The notes under the pieces: model-generated
Seen by the model: only the letters and a program-made list of their open reading frames with translations
What the model was told of the DNA's origin: nothing
Databases searched by the model: none
Program-made: the position numbers and the translations under genes
Source of the DNA: Colwellia polaris
GTDB taxonomy: Archaea; Nanohalarchaeota; Nanosalinia; Nanosalinales; Nanosalinaceae
Assembly: GCA_047617785.1 (NCBI GenBank)
Contig: JBLGBK010000002.1
Location: 58,605-122,604, forward strand
Direction: 5' to 3'
DNA length: 64,000 nt
In this document: piece by piece, positions 49,260 through 60,146 of the stretch
Layout: the number at the start of each line of letters is the position of its first letter
Numbering within the stretch: position 1 is the stretch's first letter

Positions 49260-51296
49260 TCAGTTCTGGAAGCCAATCTCGATATCAGCTACGTATGCAT
49301 CCTCTTCCTGTAGAATCAATGGATTGATATCGATTTCCTGTATGTCATCATGGTTCAGTGCTAGCTGACCTAGCTTGATAATTGCATCTTTAACTGGTTC
49401 AAGCGAGTGATCTTCTCCTCTAACACCATGGAAGAGTTCGCTACTGCGGAGTTCTTCTATCATTTGCTCCGCTTCTTGCTCACTGATAGGTGCGATACCG
49501 AAGCTAATATCGTGTAATGCTTCAATATAGATACCTCCAAGACCGACAAGAATCATCGGGCCAAACTGCGGGTCGCGCTTCATACCTAATGCTACTTCTA
49601 AACCATCAAGCTGCTCCTGTACAACCACCCCATTAATCTCTGAACCAGGCTTATTGTGATATACAGACTCTATTATTTGGTTGAATTCCTTTCTGGCTTC
49701 TTCGCGCGTTACAATCCCTGTAGCTACTCCTTCAACATCGGTTTTATGTGAGATGTCCGGAGAGTCAATCTTCATAACCGCTGGAAAACCTACTTTAGAA
49801 ACCTTTTCTTGTGCGGGATTAGGCGCCTCCGCCAGTTCAGTCAGCGGAAGGTCGAAACCGTATGCCTCCAGAAGCCTGTGACCGTCCATGTAACCGCCGT
49901 ATCGTTCAATCGCGTCTTCCGCTTTTGGCTTGTCGTAAGTTACGTCTCTATAGTTTTTATCTGTCTGAAGGAAGTTGTGATAATCACACATCACTTTCAG
50001 TGTCTTCACTGCGTCTACCGGATCCTGGAAGTCGGGTATATGTTTGTCTTCCAGAACGTCAATACCTTTCTGGACGTCCTGCTCCCCCATGAATGAAGCG
50101 AAAACCGGTTTATCCGTATTTTTCTCTGCTCTAGCGATAGTTTCTGCAGTCTTTACTATTTCAGTATTTGCCTGAGGAGTAAGAATTACTATTGCTGCGT
50201 CAACGTTTTCGTCACCAAGTATTATCTCAAGCGCCTTCTCGTATCTTTCATGTCCCGCGTCCCCTATAACATCCAACGGGTTATGAGGAGTTGATTCATC
50301 CGGCAGATCCTCTCTTAGTTGCTTCTTAGTATCATTTTTAAACTCTGCAAGATCCATATCGTGCTGCGCAATCTCATCTGTAGTTATGACTCCCGGACCT
50401 CCTGCATTAGTTATAATAGCGACTTTCTTGCCTTCAGGCACCGGTTGATATGCGAATGCTCTTCCGAAATCAAGTAGCTCACGGTTTGACTCTGCTTCAA
50501 TTATACCTGATTTTCTGAAGGCTGCTTGGTATGCTTCGTAGCTCCCAGCTATTGACCCTGTATGGCTAGAGGCTGCTTCTCCTCCTTTGTCTGTTCTACC
50601 AGACTTAACCATTATTATAGGCTTTTTCTTCGAGGTTTTTTCTGCTTGGCGTATGAACTCGCGCCCTTTCTCAATTCCTTCCGTGTATGATATAATTGAT
50701 TCCGTATCATCTTTGCGCCATTTTTTCAGCAGGTCTACTTCGTTCAGCTGCGCCTTGTTGCCTAGCGAGACAAAGTGGCGGAAACCAATATGCTCTGCTT
50801 TGGCGTAGTCGAGTATAGCTGTACAGAATGCTCCGCTCTGACTCATAAATGAGATATTGCCTTCTTCTGGAGTCTTTGAAGCGAAAGAAGCATTCATGCT
50901 GTTTTCTGTATTGATAAGGCCGAGCACGTTCGGCCCAAGAAGCGAAATATTATTTTTATCAGCTATTTCAAGCACTTCTTCTTCCAAGTCTTCATTTCCT
51001 GTCTCCGAGAACCCTGCAGAGATGACTATGGCCGCGCTTACATTTTTCTCAGCTGCACCCGTCATAACCTGCGGCACTATCTTTGAAGGTACTACAATTA
51101 CTGCTAGATCTGTTCCATCTGGAATCTCGTCTTCTGCAGTTATACCTTCTACTTCATCAGCATTCGGGTTTACCGGAGTTACTTCGCCTTCGAAATGTCG
51201 AAGATTGTCGAATACTTCGTGCCCTGTTTTTCCCTTATGGCGCGATGCGCCCACCACAGCGATCTTTTCCGGTTTGAATAGTTTTTCTAGAGACAT
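49260..51296 (-). CDS. acd: ADP-forming acetyl-CoA synthetase (fused alpha/beta)
   Basis: VGASR, ISAGFSE, SQSGA, SHTGS, NAGG, SHKTD, DINP. Confidence 0.93.
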   Translation of the reverse strand: MSLEKLFKPEKIAVVGASRHKGKTGHEVFDNLRHFEGEVTPVNPNADEVEGITAEDEIPDGTDLAVIVVPSKIVPQVMTGAAEKNVSAAIVISAGFSETGNEDLEEEVLEIADKNNISLLGPNVLGLINTENSMNASFASKTPEEGNISFMSQSGAFCTAILDYAKAEHIGFRHFVSLGNKAQLNEVDLLKKWRKDDTESIISYTEGIEKGREFIRQAEKTSKKKPIIMVKSGRTDKGGEAASSHTGSIAGSYEAYQAAFRKSGIIEAESNRELLDFGRAFAYQPVPEGKKVAIITNAGGPGVITTDEIAQHDMDLAEFKNDTKKQLREDLPDESTPHNPLDVIGDAGHERYEKALEIILGDENVDAAIVILTPQANTEIVKTAETIARAEKNTDKPVFASFMGEQDVQKGIDVLEDKHIPDFQDPVDAVKTLKVMCDYHNFLQTDKNYRDVTYDKPKAEDAIERYGGYMDGHRLLEAYGFDLPLTELAEAPNPAQEKVSKVGFPAVMKIDSPDISHKTDVEGVATGIVTREEARKEFNQIIESVYHNKPGSEINGVVVQEQLDGLEVALGMKRDPQFGPMILVGLGGIYIEALHDISFGIAPISEQEAEQMIEELRSSELFHGVRGEDHSLEPVKDAIIKLGQLALNHDDIQEIDINPLILQEEDAYVADIEIGFQN

Positions 51297-51396
51297 TATA
51301 CCAATTTATTGTTGATGCCGGTTTATTTATGGCAGTGAGTTCACTCTCTGGTCGCAAACGTTTTTTTATATACAATCGGCAAGGATTGATTGTTAC

Positions 51397-52440
51397 ATGG
51401 CTAGAGAGACTGTATACGAAGGTTCTATCGAACGGATCGAAGTGATGGACGCAGACGAAGAAATAGATATCAACGATGAAGAAGTAGTTGAGCTGTACAA
51501 GCAGATGGTTACAGCTCGAAAGTTCGACGAGAAAGCCTTCTCACTTCAGAGAAGAGGAGAAATCTCAACTTATGCTCCGCACAAAGGCCAGGAAGCAGCA
51601 CAGATCGGAGCAATGCACGTACTTGAAGATAAAGACTGGATGGTTCCAAGCTTCAGAGAAACAGCAGCCTTTATTGCACGAGAAGCACCACTAGACAAAC
51701 TATTCCGGAGATGGATGGGAGATGCAAACGGTCAGACAGAGCTCGGAAACAATCTGCCGGTAGCCATCCCTGTAGGAACTCAGAACCTTCACACAGCCGG
51801 AATCGGAATGGCTATGGAGAAAAAAGACGAAGATAATATCGTACTAGGATTTACCGGAGATGGAAGCACCAGCGAAGGAGACTTCCACGAAGCACTCAAC
51901 TTCTCAGGAGTATTCAGTGCTCACAGTATTTTCTTTGTTCAGAACAACCAGTTCGCAATCAGTATGCCCCGTGAAAAACAGACCAAGTCAGAAACAATTG
52001 CACAGAAAGCTATTGGATATGGAATCGATGGCATACAGGTCGATGGAAACGATATTTTCGCAGTGATCAAAGCAGTTAGAGAAGCAGCTGAGAAAGCGCG
52101 TAACGGAGAACCTGTGCTTATCGAAGCTGTTACTTACCGACTTGAAGATCATACTACTTCAGACGACTCAACACGTTATAGAGATGAAGAAGAAGTCGAG
52201 GAATGGAAGAAGAAAGATCCTTTGAAGCGTTTGAAGGATTATATGAAACAAAACGATATTTGGAAAGACGAACTAGACGACTTTGAAGACGAAGCCAAGG
52301 AGAATATCGATGAGGCAGCGGACGATGCGATAGATATGGACGATCCCGGATTCGATGAAATGTTTGATTATGTGTACGGCGAAATGCCGGAAATACTTGA
52401 AAAAGAGAAAAAGCAACTAAGAGAGGAGCTAGGTGAATAA
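51397..52440 (+). CDS. pdhA: pyruvate dehydrogenase E1 alpha
   Basis: GQEAAQ, GDGSTSEGDFHE..NN TPP motif, HTTSDD. Confidence 0.92.
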   Translation: MARETVYEGSIERIEVMDADEEIDINDEEVVELYKQMVTARKFDEKAFSLQRRGEISTYAPHKGQEAAQIGAMHVLEDKDWMVPSFRETAAFIAREAPLDKLFRRWMGDANGQTELGNNLPVAIPVGTQNLHTAGIGMAMEKKDEDNIVLGFTGDGSTSEGDFHEALNFSGVFSAHSIFFVQNNQFAISMPREKQTKSETIAQKAIGYGIDGIQVDGNDIFAVIKAVREAAEKARNGEPVLIEAVTYRLEDHTTSDDSTRYRDEEEVEEWKKKDPLKRLKDYMKQNDIWKDELDDFEDEAKENIDEAADDAIDMDDPGFDEMFDYVYGEMPEILEKEKKQLREELGE

Positions 52441-53410
52441 AATGGGAGAAAAAATGAATATTGTAGAGGCCGTACGGGCAGCAATCCACGATGAGATGGA
52501 AAGTGATGAGGACGTAATAGCATACGGAGAAGATGTTGGAGAAGACGGAGGGGTATTCCGGGCCACAGAAGGACTACAGGAAGAGTTCGGAGAAGACAGA
52601 ATTTTCTCCAGCCCTCTTGCAGAATCAGGTATCGCCGGAACAGCAATAGGAATGAGCCTATACGGCTTCAAACCTGTTGTAGAGATGCAATTCTCAGGCT
52701 TCTCCTACCTGGCATTCTACCAGATTAAAGAGCACGCAGCTCGTTTCAGAATGAGAAGTCGGGGAGAAAAGACAGTTCCCCTAACGGTCAGGGCTCCTTA
52801 CGGCGGAGGAATTTCCGCACTGGAACACCACCAGGAAAGCCCCGAAAGTTACTTTGCACACGCACAGGGACTGCACGTTGTAATGCCTGGCACACCTCAG
52901 GATACGTACAGCCTTCTCAGAAAATCTATACAGATGGACGATCCTGTAGTATTCTTGGAACCTAAGAAGACATACAGAGCGTTCAAGGAAGAAGTTGATC
53001 GCGATAAAGAAGTTGAAATTGAGAAAGCAGAAGTTGTACAGGAGGGAACAGACGCGACACTTGTAGCCTGGGGTGCAATGCGTCCAGAAGCAGTGAAAGC
53101 GGCAGAAGAGGTTGACGGCGACATCGAAGTAGTTGATCTGAAAACCATCTATCCTACAGACTTTGAAACAGTAATTGAGTCAGTGAAGAAAACCGGAAGA
53201 TGCGTAGTCCTGCATGAAGCACCGAAGACAGGAGGATTCGGATCGGAAATCGCTACAAGGATAAACGAAGAAGCATTACTGCATCTTGAAGCGCCTGTAG
53301 AAAGAGTTACAGGACCCGACATCCCTTACCCACTTTACACGCTTGAAGACTATTACATGCCGGACAAGAACCGGACAGCTGCAAAGCTGGAAGAAGTACT
53401 TGAATTCTAG
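52433..53410 (+). CDS. pdhB: pyruvate dehydrogenase E1 beta
   Basis: GEDVG..GGVFRAT, PLAESGI, EMQF. Confidence 0.92.
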   Translation: MNKMGEKMNIVEAVRAAIHDEMESDEDVIAYGEDVGEDGGVFRATEGLQEEFGEDRIFSSPLAESGIAGTAIGMSLYGFKPVVEMQFSGFSYLAFYQIKEHAARFRMRSRGEKTVPLTVRAPYGGGISALEHHQESPESYFAHAQGLHVVMPGTPQDTYSLLRKSIQMDDPVVFLEPKKTYRAFKEEVDRDKEVEIEKAEVVQEGTDATLVAWGAMRPEAVKAAEEVDGDIEVVDLKTIYPTDFETVIESVKKTGRCVVLHEAPKTGGFGSEIATRINEEALLHLEAPVERVTGPDIPYPLYTLEDYYMPDKNRTAAKLEEVLEF

Positions 53411-53423
53411 GTGACCAAATAAA

Positions 53424-54818
53424 GTGAAGTTTGAATTCCCTGACACCGGAGAAGGAGTAACAGAAGGACAATTCTTGGACTGGAAAGTAGAAGAAGGAGA
53501 TGAAGTAGAAGAGGACCAGGTAGTCGGGGAAGCAGAAACCGACAAAGCAGTAGTAGAGATACCTGCGCCAACAGACGGCACAGTCAAAGAAATTAAAGCC
53601 AAACCAGGCGACACAGTAGCCGTCGGCGATGTAATAATGATATTTGACACAGGAAAGGAAAAAGAAACTAGCGAAACAAAAACAGAAGAGAGCAGAGACG
53701 TAAAGAATAACGAAAAAGAAATGGAAGAAGAGCAGAAAATCTCTAACCCTACTGCAAATTCTTCAAAAAGAAAAGAAGTTCTCACACTCCCAAAAGTCCG
53801 TAAGTTAGCAGAAGAGCACGGAATTGATCTCGCTTCAATCAAAACCGGCGAACGCATAACAGAGGAAGAAGTTAGAGAACAAATTGAATCTGATAAACCT
53901 TCAGAAGAATCAGACGAGGGTTCAAACGCAGATAAATCAAGCAACATAGGAGCTAAAGCGCGCCCATCAGTTCGGAAACTAGCACGTGAGAAAGAAGTTG
54001 ATATATCACAGATCGAAGGCAATGGACGCGATGGTGAAGTAACACGCGAAGATGTATTACAGGCTGCTGAAGGAGAAAGCACATCAGAAACAAGCAAAAA
54101 TTCTTCAACCGAATCTACAGAGGAAGGGGAAGTTGAAAGAGTTAAAATGAATAATATTCAGAGAACCAGCGCAAAGAAGATGGCGGAATCGCGTTTTTCA
54201 GCTCCACACGTAACACATGTCGAGAAAGCAGATCTTACAGAGCTGGCTGAACTCCGTAACAAGGAGAAAGATGATATAGAAGTTCATCTGACCTATATGC
54301 CTTTTATCATGAAAGCCGCTCTCAACGCCCTGCAAGAATACCCTGAACTCAACGCAGAGTACGATAAAGAGAATCAAGAGATTGTGGAGAAGCAGTACTA
54401 TAACTTCAACATCGCCGTAGATACAGAAAGAGGATTGATGGTTCCTGTAGTGGACGATGTAGAAGATAAAAGCATAATTGAACTGGCAGAATCAGTTGTT
54501 AATAAAGCGGAAAGAGCTCAGAACGGAGATATAACTATGAGTGAGATGCAGGGCGGTACTTTCTCGATCACAAACGTAGGTGTAATCGGCGGGGAAGAGT
54601 TTACACCTATAATTAATCCTCCTCAGACAGCAATTCTCGGCCTTGGACGTATCCAGGAAACAGCTGAGGTTGTAGATGAAGAAGTAGTGCCAAGGACAAC
54701 TGTCAAGCTTTCACTCAGCTATGATCACCGCGTAATAGATGGTGCAACGGCTGCTCGTTTCATGAACGTGATTAAGAAAAATCTTGAGAACCCAGAAAAG
54801 ATGCTTATGGAGATGTAA
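53424..54818 (+). CDS. pdhC: dihydrolipoamide acetyltransferase E2 (one lipoyl, two E3-binding domains)
   Basis: ETDKA lipoyl Lys, two PxVRKLA repeats, DHRVIDG. Confidence 0.93.
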   Translation: MKFEFPDTGEGVTEGQFLDWKVEEGDEVEEDQVVGEAETDKAVVEIPAPTDGTVKEIKAKPGDTVAVGDVIMIFDTGKEKETSETKTEESRDVKNNEKEMEEEQKISNPTANSSKRKEVLTLPKVRKLAEEHGIDLASIKTGERITEEEVREQIESDKPSEESDEGSNADKSSNIGAKARPSVRKLAREKEVDISQIEGNGRDGEVTREDVLQAAEGESTSETSKNSSTESTEEGEVERVKMNNIQRTSAKKMAESRFSAPHVTHVEKADLTELAELRNKEKDDIEVHLTYMPFIMKAALNALQEYPELNAEYDKENQEIVEKQYYNFNIAVDTERGLMVPVVDDVEDKSIIELAESVVNKAERAQNGDITMSEMQGGTFSITNVGVIGGEEFTPIINPPQTAILGLGRIQETAEVVDEEVVPRTTVKLSLSYDHRVIDGATAARFMNVIKKNLENPEKMLMEM

Positions 54819-54821
54819 AAA

Positions 54822-56243
54822 ATGGTTGTAGGAGATATCGAAAAAGGAACAGACGTACTTGTAATTGGAGCTGGACCAGGAGGCTACCATGCCGCGATCC
54901 GTGCTGCACAGAGAGGAAAAGACGTAACAATAGTAGAAAAAGAAAAAGTAGGAGGAACCTGTCTGAACCATGGGTGTATACCGGCAAAAGCTATTATTCA
55001 TGCATCTAAGTTCCACGACGATATCCAGCACTGGAACGAAATTGGAATCGAAGCCGAATGCGAGCATGTAGACTTTGAGAAAGTACAGGAATGGAAGGAC
55101 GAAACAGTTGAGAAGCTGGACCAAGGAATTCTACAGATATTTGACGATCTTGGAATCGAACTGATGAAAGGAACAGCCTACTTCGAGGACTCCAACACGG
55201 TACGAGTGGAAGAAGAGCATAATGCAGAGACAGTTAAGTTCGATAAAGCAGTTGTAGCCGCAGGAACAAAACCTATCGAAATTCCAAGTATGAGCTTCGA
55301 TATGGATCGCGTGATTTCCTCAAGAGAGGTTCTTGAACTAGAAGAGGTTCCTGATGAGATCGTGGTTATCGGCGGCGGATACATTGGAATGGAAGCAGTC
55401 ACCAAGTACTGCAAGTTCGGAGCCACAGTAAAAGTACTGGAAGCAGAAGACCGCGTTCTGAACAATTTTGAGGAAGATATCGTACGCCACCTAGAAGAAG
55501 TCAGTCCAGATTATGGCGATGAAATTTATACTAACGTGCATGCGAAAGAAGTCGTCTACAACGATAATAACAAGCCTGTTGTAATTGCAGAGCAGGAAGA
55601 TGGCAGCGAAGTCGAAATCAAAGGCGACTACGTTCTAGTTGCAGTAGGACGCACCCCTGGACCTGTAGTAGATGGTTTAGATATTGAGAATACCGATGTT
55701 ACAACCGGAGAACACGGATTCATTGAAACTGATGAACAGATGCGGACAGAAGACGATAACATTTTCGCGATCGGCGATATTGTCGGAAACCCTCTCCTAG
55801 CTCATAAAGCCTTTAGAGAAGGCAAAGTTGCAGCAGAAGTAATATCAGGAAAAAACGCTGCGTTCGACAACCAATATATTCCAAAGGCTATGTACACTGA
55901 TCCTGAAGTAGCTGTCGTAGGAGACTCATTAGAAGAAGCTGAAGACAAGTACGATGACGTTATGATCGGACGATTCCCTTTCAAGGCTTCAGGACGAGCA
56001 TTGTCTACAAACAAGACCGACGGTTTTGTACGTGTAATAGCTGATGGAAACGAGAAGCTAGTCGGTGTTCAGATCGTTGGCTCCCGTGCCTCTGACATGA
56101 TTGCCGAGGCAACTCTGGCCTTAGAGATGCAGGCACATCTAGACGACCTGGCCAACACAATTCATGCACATCCTACATTCCCTGAGGCTCTTTCGGAGGC
56201 TGCGGAGGCGGCGAAGGATGAAGCAATTCACTTCCAGGGCTGA
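54822..56243 (+). CDS. lpdA: dihydrolipoamide dehydrogenase
   Basis: GAGPGG, GGTCLNHGCIP, HAHPTFPE. Confidence 0.95.
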   Translation: MVVGDIEKGTDVLVIGAGPGGYHAAIRAAQRGKDVTIVEKEKVGGTCLNHGCIPAKAIIHASKFHDDIQHWNEIGIEAECEHVDFEKVQEWKDETVEKLDQGILQIFDDLGIELMKGTAYFEDSNTVRVEEEHNAETVKFDKAVVAAGTKPIEIPSMSFDMDRVISSREVLELEEVPDEIVVIGGGYIGMEAVTKYCKFGATVKVLEAEDRVLNNFEEDIVRHLEEVSPDYGDEIYTNVHAKEVVYNDNNKPVVIAEQEDGSEVEIKGDYVLVAVGRTPGPVVDGLDIENTDVTTGEHGFIETDEQMRTEDDNIFAIGDIVGNPLLAHKAFREGKVAAEVISGKNAAFDNQYIPKAMYTDPEVAVVGDSLEEAEDKYDDVMIGRFPFKASGRALSTNKTDGFVRVIADGNEKLVGVQIVGSRASDMIAEATLALEMQAHLDDLANTIHAHPTFPEALSEAAEAAKDEAIHFQG

Positions 56244-56290
56244 AGTTTGGTAGCCGTACCACAACCATATTAAGCATCGTCAGCGGTTTT

Positions 56291-57124
56291 GTGGTTACAA
56301 TGGTTGAATGCGACTTCTGTGGAGAAAAATTTGATAACAAGGCACGTATGCACGTGCACTGGGGAGAAAAGCATGAAGACGAGCTTAACTCTCACCAGAA
56401 AGAAAAAGTAAAGAAAGCCGAAAGAATCAAGGAGGAAGAAAAATCCGAAGTAATGGCTCGCAGGAAACGTCTGGCCGGTTATGGTTTAGGCGGCACCCTT
56501 ACAGTACTTCTACTCGGATTTCTACTCCTACAGGTAATGCAGAATACAGGTGGCGGCCTGCCGCAGCAAGAATCCTTCGAACTTCAGAGCCAGCCGGTTC
56601 TAGGTGCTTCTGAGAACACTTCTAATGATACTATACAGATCGTTGAGTTTGGAGACTATCGTTGCCATCATTGTCAGAGCTTTGACATGGAGCATAAGCC
56701 CCAGCTAGTAGAAGATTATATAGAGAATGAAGAGGTAGATGTAGAGTTTTACTGGATCAATACTCCTATACTTGGCCCTCAGTCGGAAACAGCAGCTATA
56801 GCCTCTGAGTGCGTAGTAGATGAAGCCGGCAGAAATAGCCAAGAGTTCTGGAATTTCCATTCTGCAATGTTTGAGAATCCAAATATCAACTACAATGCTG
56901 ATGCTTTGACACAGGTAGCAAGAGATTCAACATCCGGTCTTGACTACGATTCAATTAACTCCTGTATATCAAATAGAGAGAGCCAGGATGCAGTTGAGAA
57001 GGATATGAGCATAGCGCAGGGTAACAACGTCACGTCAACCCCTACAATCTTCGTGAACGATGAGCGTATGTCCGGATACGATGCGAGCACAATCAGCTCA
57101 TCTATAGAAAGAAAACTTAACTAA
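56291..57124 (+). CDS. C2H2 zinc finger-TM-DsbA family protein
   Basis: CDFC..HVHWGEKH, basic stretch then TM, FGDYRCHHC, STPTIF. Confidence 0.85.
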   Translation: MVTMVECDFCGEKFDNKARMHVHWGEKHEDELNSHQKEKVKKAERIKEEEKSEVMARRKRLAGYGLGGTLTVLLLGFLLLQVMQNTGGGLPQQESFELQSQPVLGASENTSNDTIQIVEFGDYRCHHCQSFDMEHKPQLVEDYIENEEVDVEFYWINTPILGPQSETAAIASECVVDEAGRNSQEFWNFHSAMFENPNINYNADALTQVARDSTSGLDYDSINSCISNRESQDAVEKDMSIAQGNNVTSTPTIFVNDERMSGYDASTISSSIERKLN

Positions 57125-59513
57125 ATCTTCCGAGGCCGCTCTGAGTGGCCTCACCCTTTAATCTATTCTTTGAATAACCGAACTCCTTCAATACACGATA
57201 TGCTACAGGGATGATCTGGTTGTCAACGTAGTACTCCGGATCATAGTTCTCAGCGTATTTCAGAAGCTCTGCACGACTTGAAATATTTCCTGAACCGCGT
57301 GTTACGACGTATGCGATCGTTGTTTCCGGTTCGATTTCATCACCTCTTTCCTCTGCTTTCTTCACTGCTTCAACATGAGGAGCTGTTGAACCGTATTCTT
57401 CCGGAGGTTTAGTGAGTGTGGTGTATATTCGAAGCTCGTCTGTATCAACCTCTCCCTCTCTAAGCCTTTCCACAGTATCTATAACTGTCTGAAGAGCTTC
57501 CTCAACTTTGTCCTCAAGGACCTTCCGTAATACCTCCTTCTGTGTCTGCTTTGCCAAGGGACACCAGTCTCTCCTGACCTGTTCGAAACCTGTTATCTTC
57601 AATCCTCCATCTTCATCCATCAAGGCGTACTTCTTCTTAGCACCTTCACCAGACTCTGTCGAAGTGAAGAACCCACGTTTGAAGAATCCTTCGAACTCCA
57701 GTTCCATGAACTCAGGCAGATTATCATTCACCCGATCCAGGAAGCCGTCAATATCCCTCATTATATTATCTTTCTGGAGGAAGACTGAGTCAGTATCGCC
57801 GTATACAACCTCAAAGCCTTCTTGTTCTGCATCTTCAATAGTATCTTCAATATATTTCCGACCCAGGTATGTTGTAGCCTCCGCCGATTCTCTCGAGTAC
57901 CAGCGAGCGCCATTGTAACCCAAGTACCCATAGAACGAGTTGGCGAGTATCTTCTTCGCCTGCTGCTCGCTGTAAAGAGCCTGGTGTTCAGCAGTTCCTT
58001 CCTCCTTCTCTTTCATTTCGCTCTTGATCTCATAGCGGTCTTCAACCAGGTTTCTAACCAGTTCTGGGAAGAATCCTTCCTCATCTTGACAGAAGGTATA
58101 GTCGAACTCATCCATCTCGAAGCTGTCACTGCATTCCTCTACGTTCAATGTGTCTGGAGAGATATTGTGCGCCACAATAACTGTAGGATACAGCGATCGG
58201 AAATCCAGAGTTACAAGATCTTCATACAGACCTGCATCCGGAGTGTAGACGAATCCTCCGCTGTAAGCTCCCTGTCGCTGTCTTTTTCTTCTTTTATCTT
58301 GGCTTGGCCGGTTCTCTACAAGTATATCGCGCCGGTATGCTTCTCTTATTAGGTAGTTTTCAGTTAACTGGCCGTATGTCAGTCGGCAGGCATCGAAAGG
58401 CGTTAGACCGGTTATTCGGGCTAACTCTAGTATCTGCGGCACAATCTGTTCTCCGAGCTGGTATGCTATCTCTGAATCCTTGAGCGCGTATTCAGCAAAC
58501 TCCTCTAGATTCTCTTTCTGCTCCCAGTTCTGCTTCATTTCCTCCCAACTCATATCGTCTTTGTTCATGTCAAGCAGTTCTTCTGCAACAGAGTCAAGAT
58601 CCAGCGTTTCAGAATCCATTCCCTGCCCGAGGACATGTGATACAAAGGCGTAGAGGTCAAGATGAGGTCTTCCTTTCAGCCGGGCGCCGGAGAAGCGTCC
58701 TCTTCTGTTGAACTTCATTCGTTCGCCGTTTCTGCTGAGAGAGAGCGTCAAATTAAGATCTTCTGCTCTTTCACGTAGAACCTGGAAGTCATACTCATCG
58801 GTATTGTATCCCAGAACTAGATCAAAGTCTTCTTCGTTTACGTAGTCTATGAATGCTTGAATCATCTGTTGTTCAGATTCAAAGCTTGTTACAAATTCTC
58901 TATCGATATCTTCTGTGCTGTAAACGTTCTGGCCGTTCTCCGACCACGTTGAGATCATTATTACTTCGTCTTCGTACACTTCCAGATCAAAGGCCATCGA
59001 ATTAAGACTCAGTATCTCTTTTCCTCCTTCAGACCAAGATTCTAGTTGGTAAGCGTCCTGGAAGTCGCCTCCAACTTCTTCTGCTTCTATTTTGTACCAT
59101 TCTCCTGTTCTCAAGTTTTTGTCTATCATGTAGCGTCGATAGAACGGTATGTCGAACTCTCTGCATTCTCTGACTGCTTCCATATCCCAAAGCTTGTTTT
59201 TCAGTTTCGGTACGTTTGGGGGAATTGTTGTCTGGATTCTGAGGACGCTGCGTTCTTCCTTAGTAATCTTCTTTTCAACAACTTCTACTTCAGTTACTTC
59301 AAGTTGTTCGCTGTCTTCTTGGAAGTCACGATCTTCTACGTTTTCTTTGAGTTCTCCTATATCAGCATCTTCCTGCGGGACTGCGTAGAAGTAAGGTTTG
59401 AAGTCCCTATCGATTATCTTTACAGCTTCGTCTGCGTCGTTCTTACCGTATACTCGGACTGTTACATCCTCGTCTTCTACGGTGTAGTCGATATCTAGAA
59501 GCTGTACCTTCAC
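57117..59513 (-). CDS. polB: family B DNA polymerase (no intein seen)
   Basis: FDLE, GYN, YALKD exonuclease motifs; DFRSLYPT, KILANSFYGY, YGDTDS. Confidence 0.96.
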   Translation of the reverse strand: MKVQLLDIDYTVEDEDVTVRVYGKNDADEAVKIIDRDFKPYFYAVPQEDADIGELKENVEDRDFQEDSEQLEVTEVEVVEKKITKEERSVLRIQTTIPPNVPKLKNKLWDMEAVRECREFDIPFYRRYMIDKNLRTGEWYKIEAEEVGGDFQDAYQLESWSEGGKEILSLNSMAFDLEVYEDEVIMISTWSENGQNVYSTEDIDREFVTSFESEQQMIQAFIDYVNEEDFDLVLGYNTDEYDFQVLRERAEDLNLTLSLSRNGERMKFNRRGRFSGARLKGRPHLDLYAFVSHVLGQGMDSETLDLDSVAEELLDMNKDDMSWEEMKQNWEQKENLEEFAEYALKDSEIAYQLGEQIVPQILELARITGLTPFDACRLTYGQLTENYLIREAYRRDILVENRPSQDKRRKRQRQGAYSGGFVYTPDAGLYEDLVTLDFRSLYPTVIVAHNISPDTLNVEECSDSFEMDEFDYTFCQDEEGFFPELVRNLVEDRYEIKSEMKEKEEGTAEHQALYSEQQAKKILANSFYGYLGYNGARWYSRESAEATTYLGRKYIEDTIEDAEQEGFEVVYGDTDSVFLQKDNIMRDIDGFLDRVNDNLPEFMELEFEGFFKRGFFTSTESGEGAKKKYALMDEDGGLKITGFEQVRRDWCPLAKQTQKEVLRKVLEDKVEEALQTVIDTVERLREGEVDTDELRIYTTLTKPPEEYGSTAPHVEAVKKAEERGDEIEPETTIAYVVTRGSGNISSRAELLKYAENYDPEYYVDNQIIPVAYRVLKEFGYSKNRLKGEATQSGLGRFS

Positions 59514-59837
59514 GTCTATGGTTTTGATGTGGAATGTTAAGAAACCATTTTCTAGAGCTGGTTTAGAGAGGCTTCATATTAGAGGAGTACAATGGTTTTT
59601 ATACAATTTGAAAGGTGAGCTTAACCATATTTGGTAGTTTCCCTGTTCAGCAGATTTACTTTTCTGTTGATTAGATGTGGAGCCGGTTTTATTATCTAAT
59701 CTATGTTACCTTGGTTGAGTATATCTTTCTATAGAGTTTTTTGATGGATTATACAGTGAAAGACGGGTGGAAAGTACCAAATGTTTTTATAGGAGGTCTA
59801 TGTATTACTAATTATCATAACGAATCTGTTCGTTAAA

Positions 59838-59845
59838 GGAGGTGA
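59838..59845 (+). promoter_or_regulatory. Shine-Dalgarno of the histone gene
   Basis: GGAGGTGA 9 nt upstream of the ATG. Confidence 0.7.
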
Positions 59846-59854
59846 CAATTAACA

Positions 59855-60052
59855 ATGGCAGAACTACCACTAGCACCAGTCAAGCGTATCATCAAATCTG
59901 CAGGCGCATCACGAGTTTCAGAAGATGCAGTAGAAGAACTAAGAGATGAACTAGAAGAACACGCAAAGGATCGAGCAAGAGAAGCAAAGGAATTCGCAGA
60001 GCACGCAGGACGCAAGACTGTTCAGGACGACGACGTAAAAGCATCCAGATAA
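59855..60052 (+). CDS. archaeal histone (HMf-like, single fold)
   Basis: [30 protein letters not shown]. Confidence 0.96.
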   Translation: MAELPLAPVKRIIKSAGASRVSEDAVEELRDELEEHAKDRAREAKEFAEHAGRKTVQDDDVKASR

Positions 60053-60146
60053 ATTTGGATGTTCCCTTACCTAAGAGCGCCTAACTGAAAGGCGTTCCAC
60101 ACTTTCCCTTTTCCTTTTATTTCTACACATCAACTAGTTTGGATAC

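Noticed and set aside
59514-59830. Possible replication origin next to polB
   Set aside because: AT-rich, but no repeated ORB-like boxes or G-strings and no orc1/cdc6 in the window.
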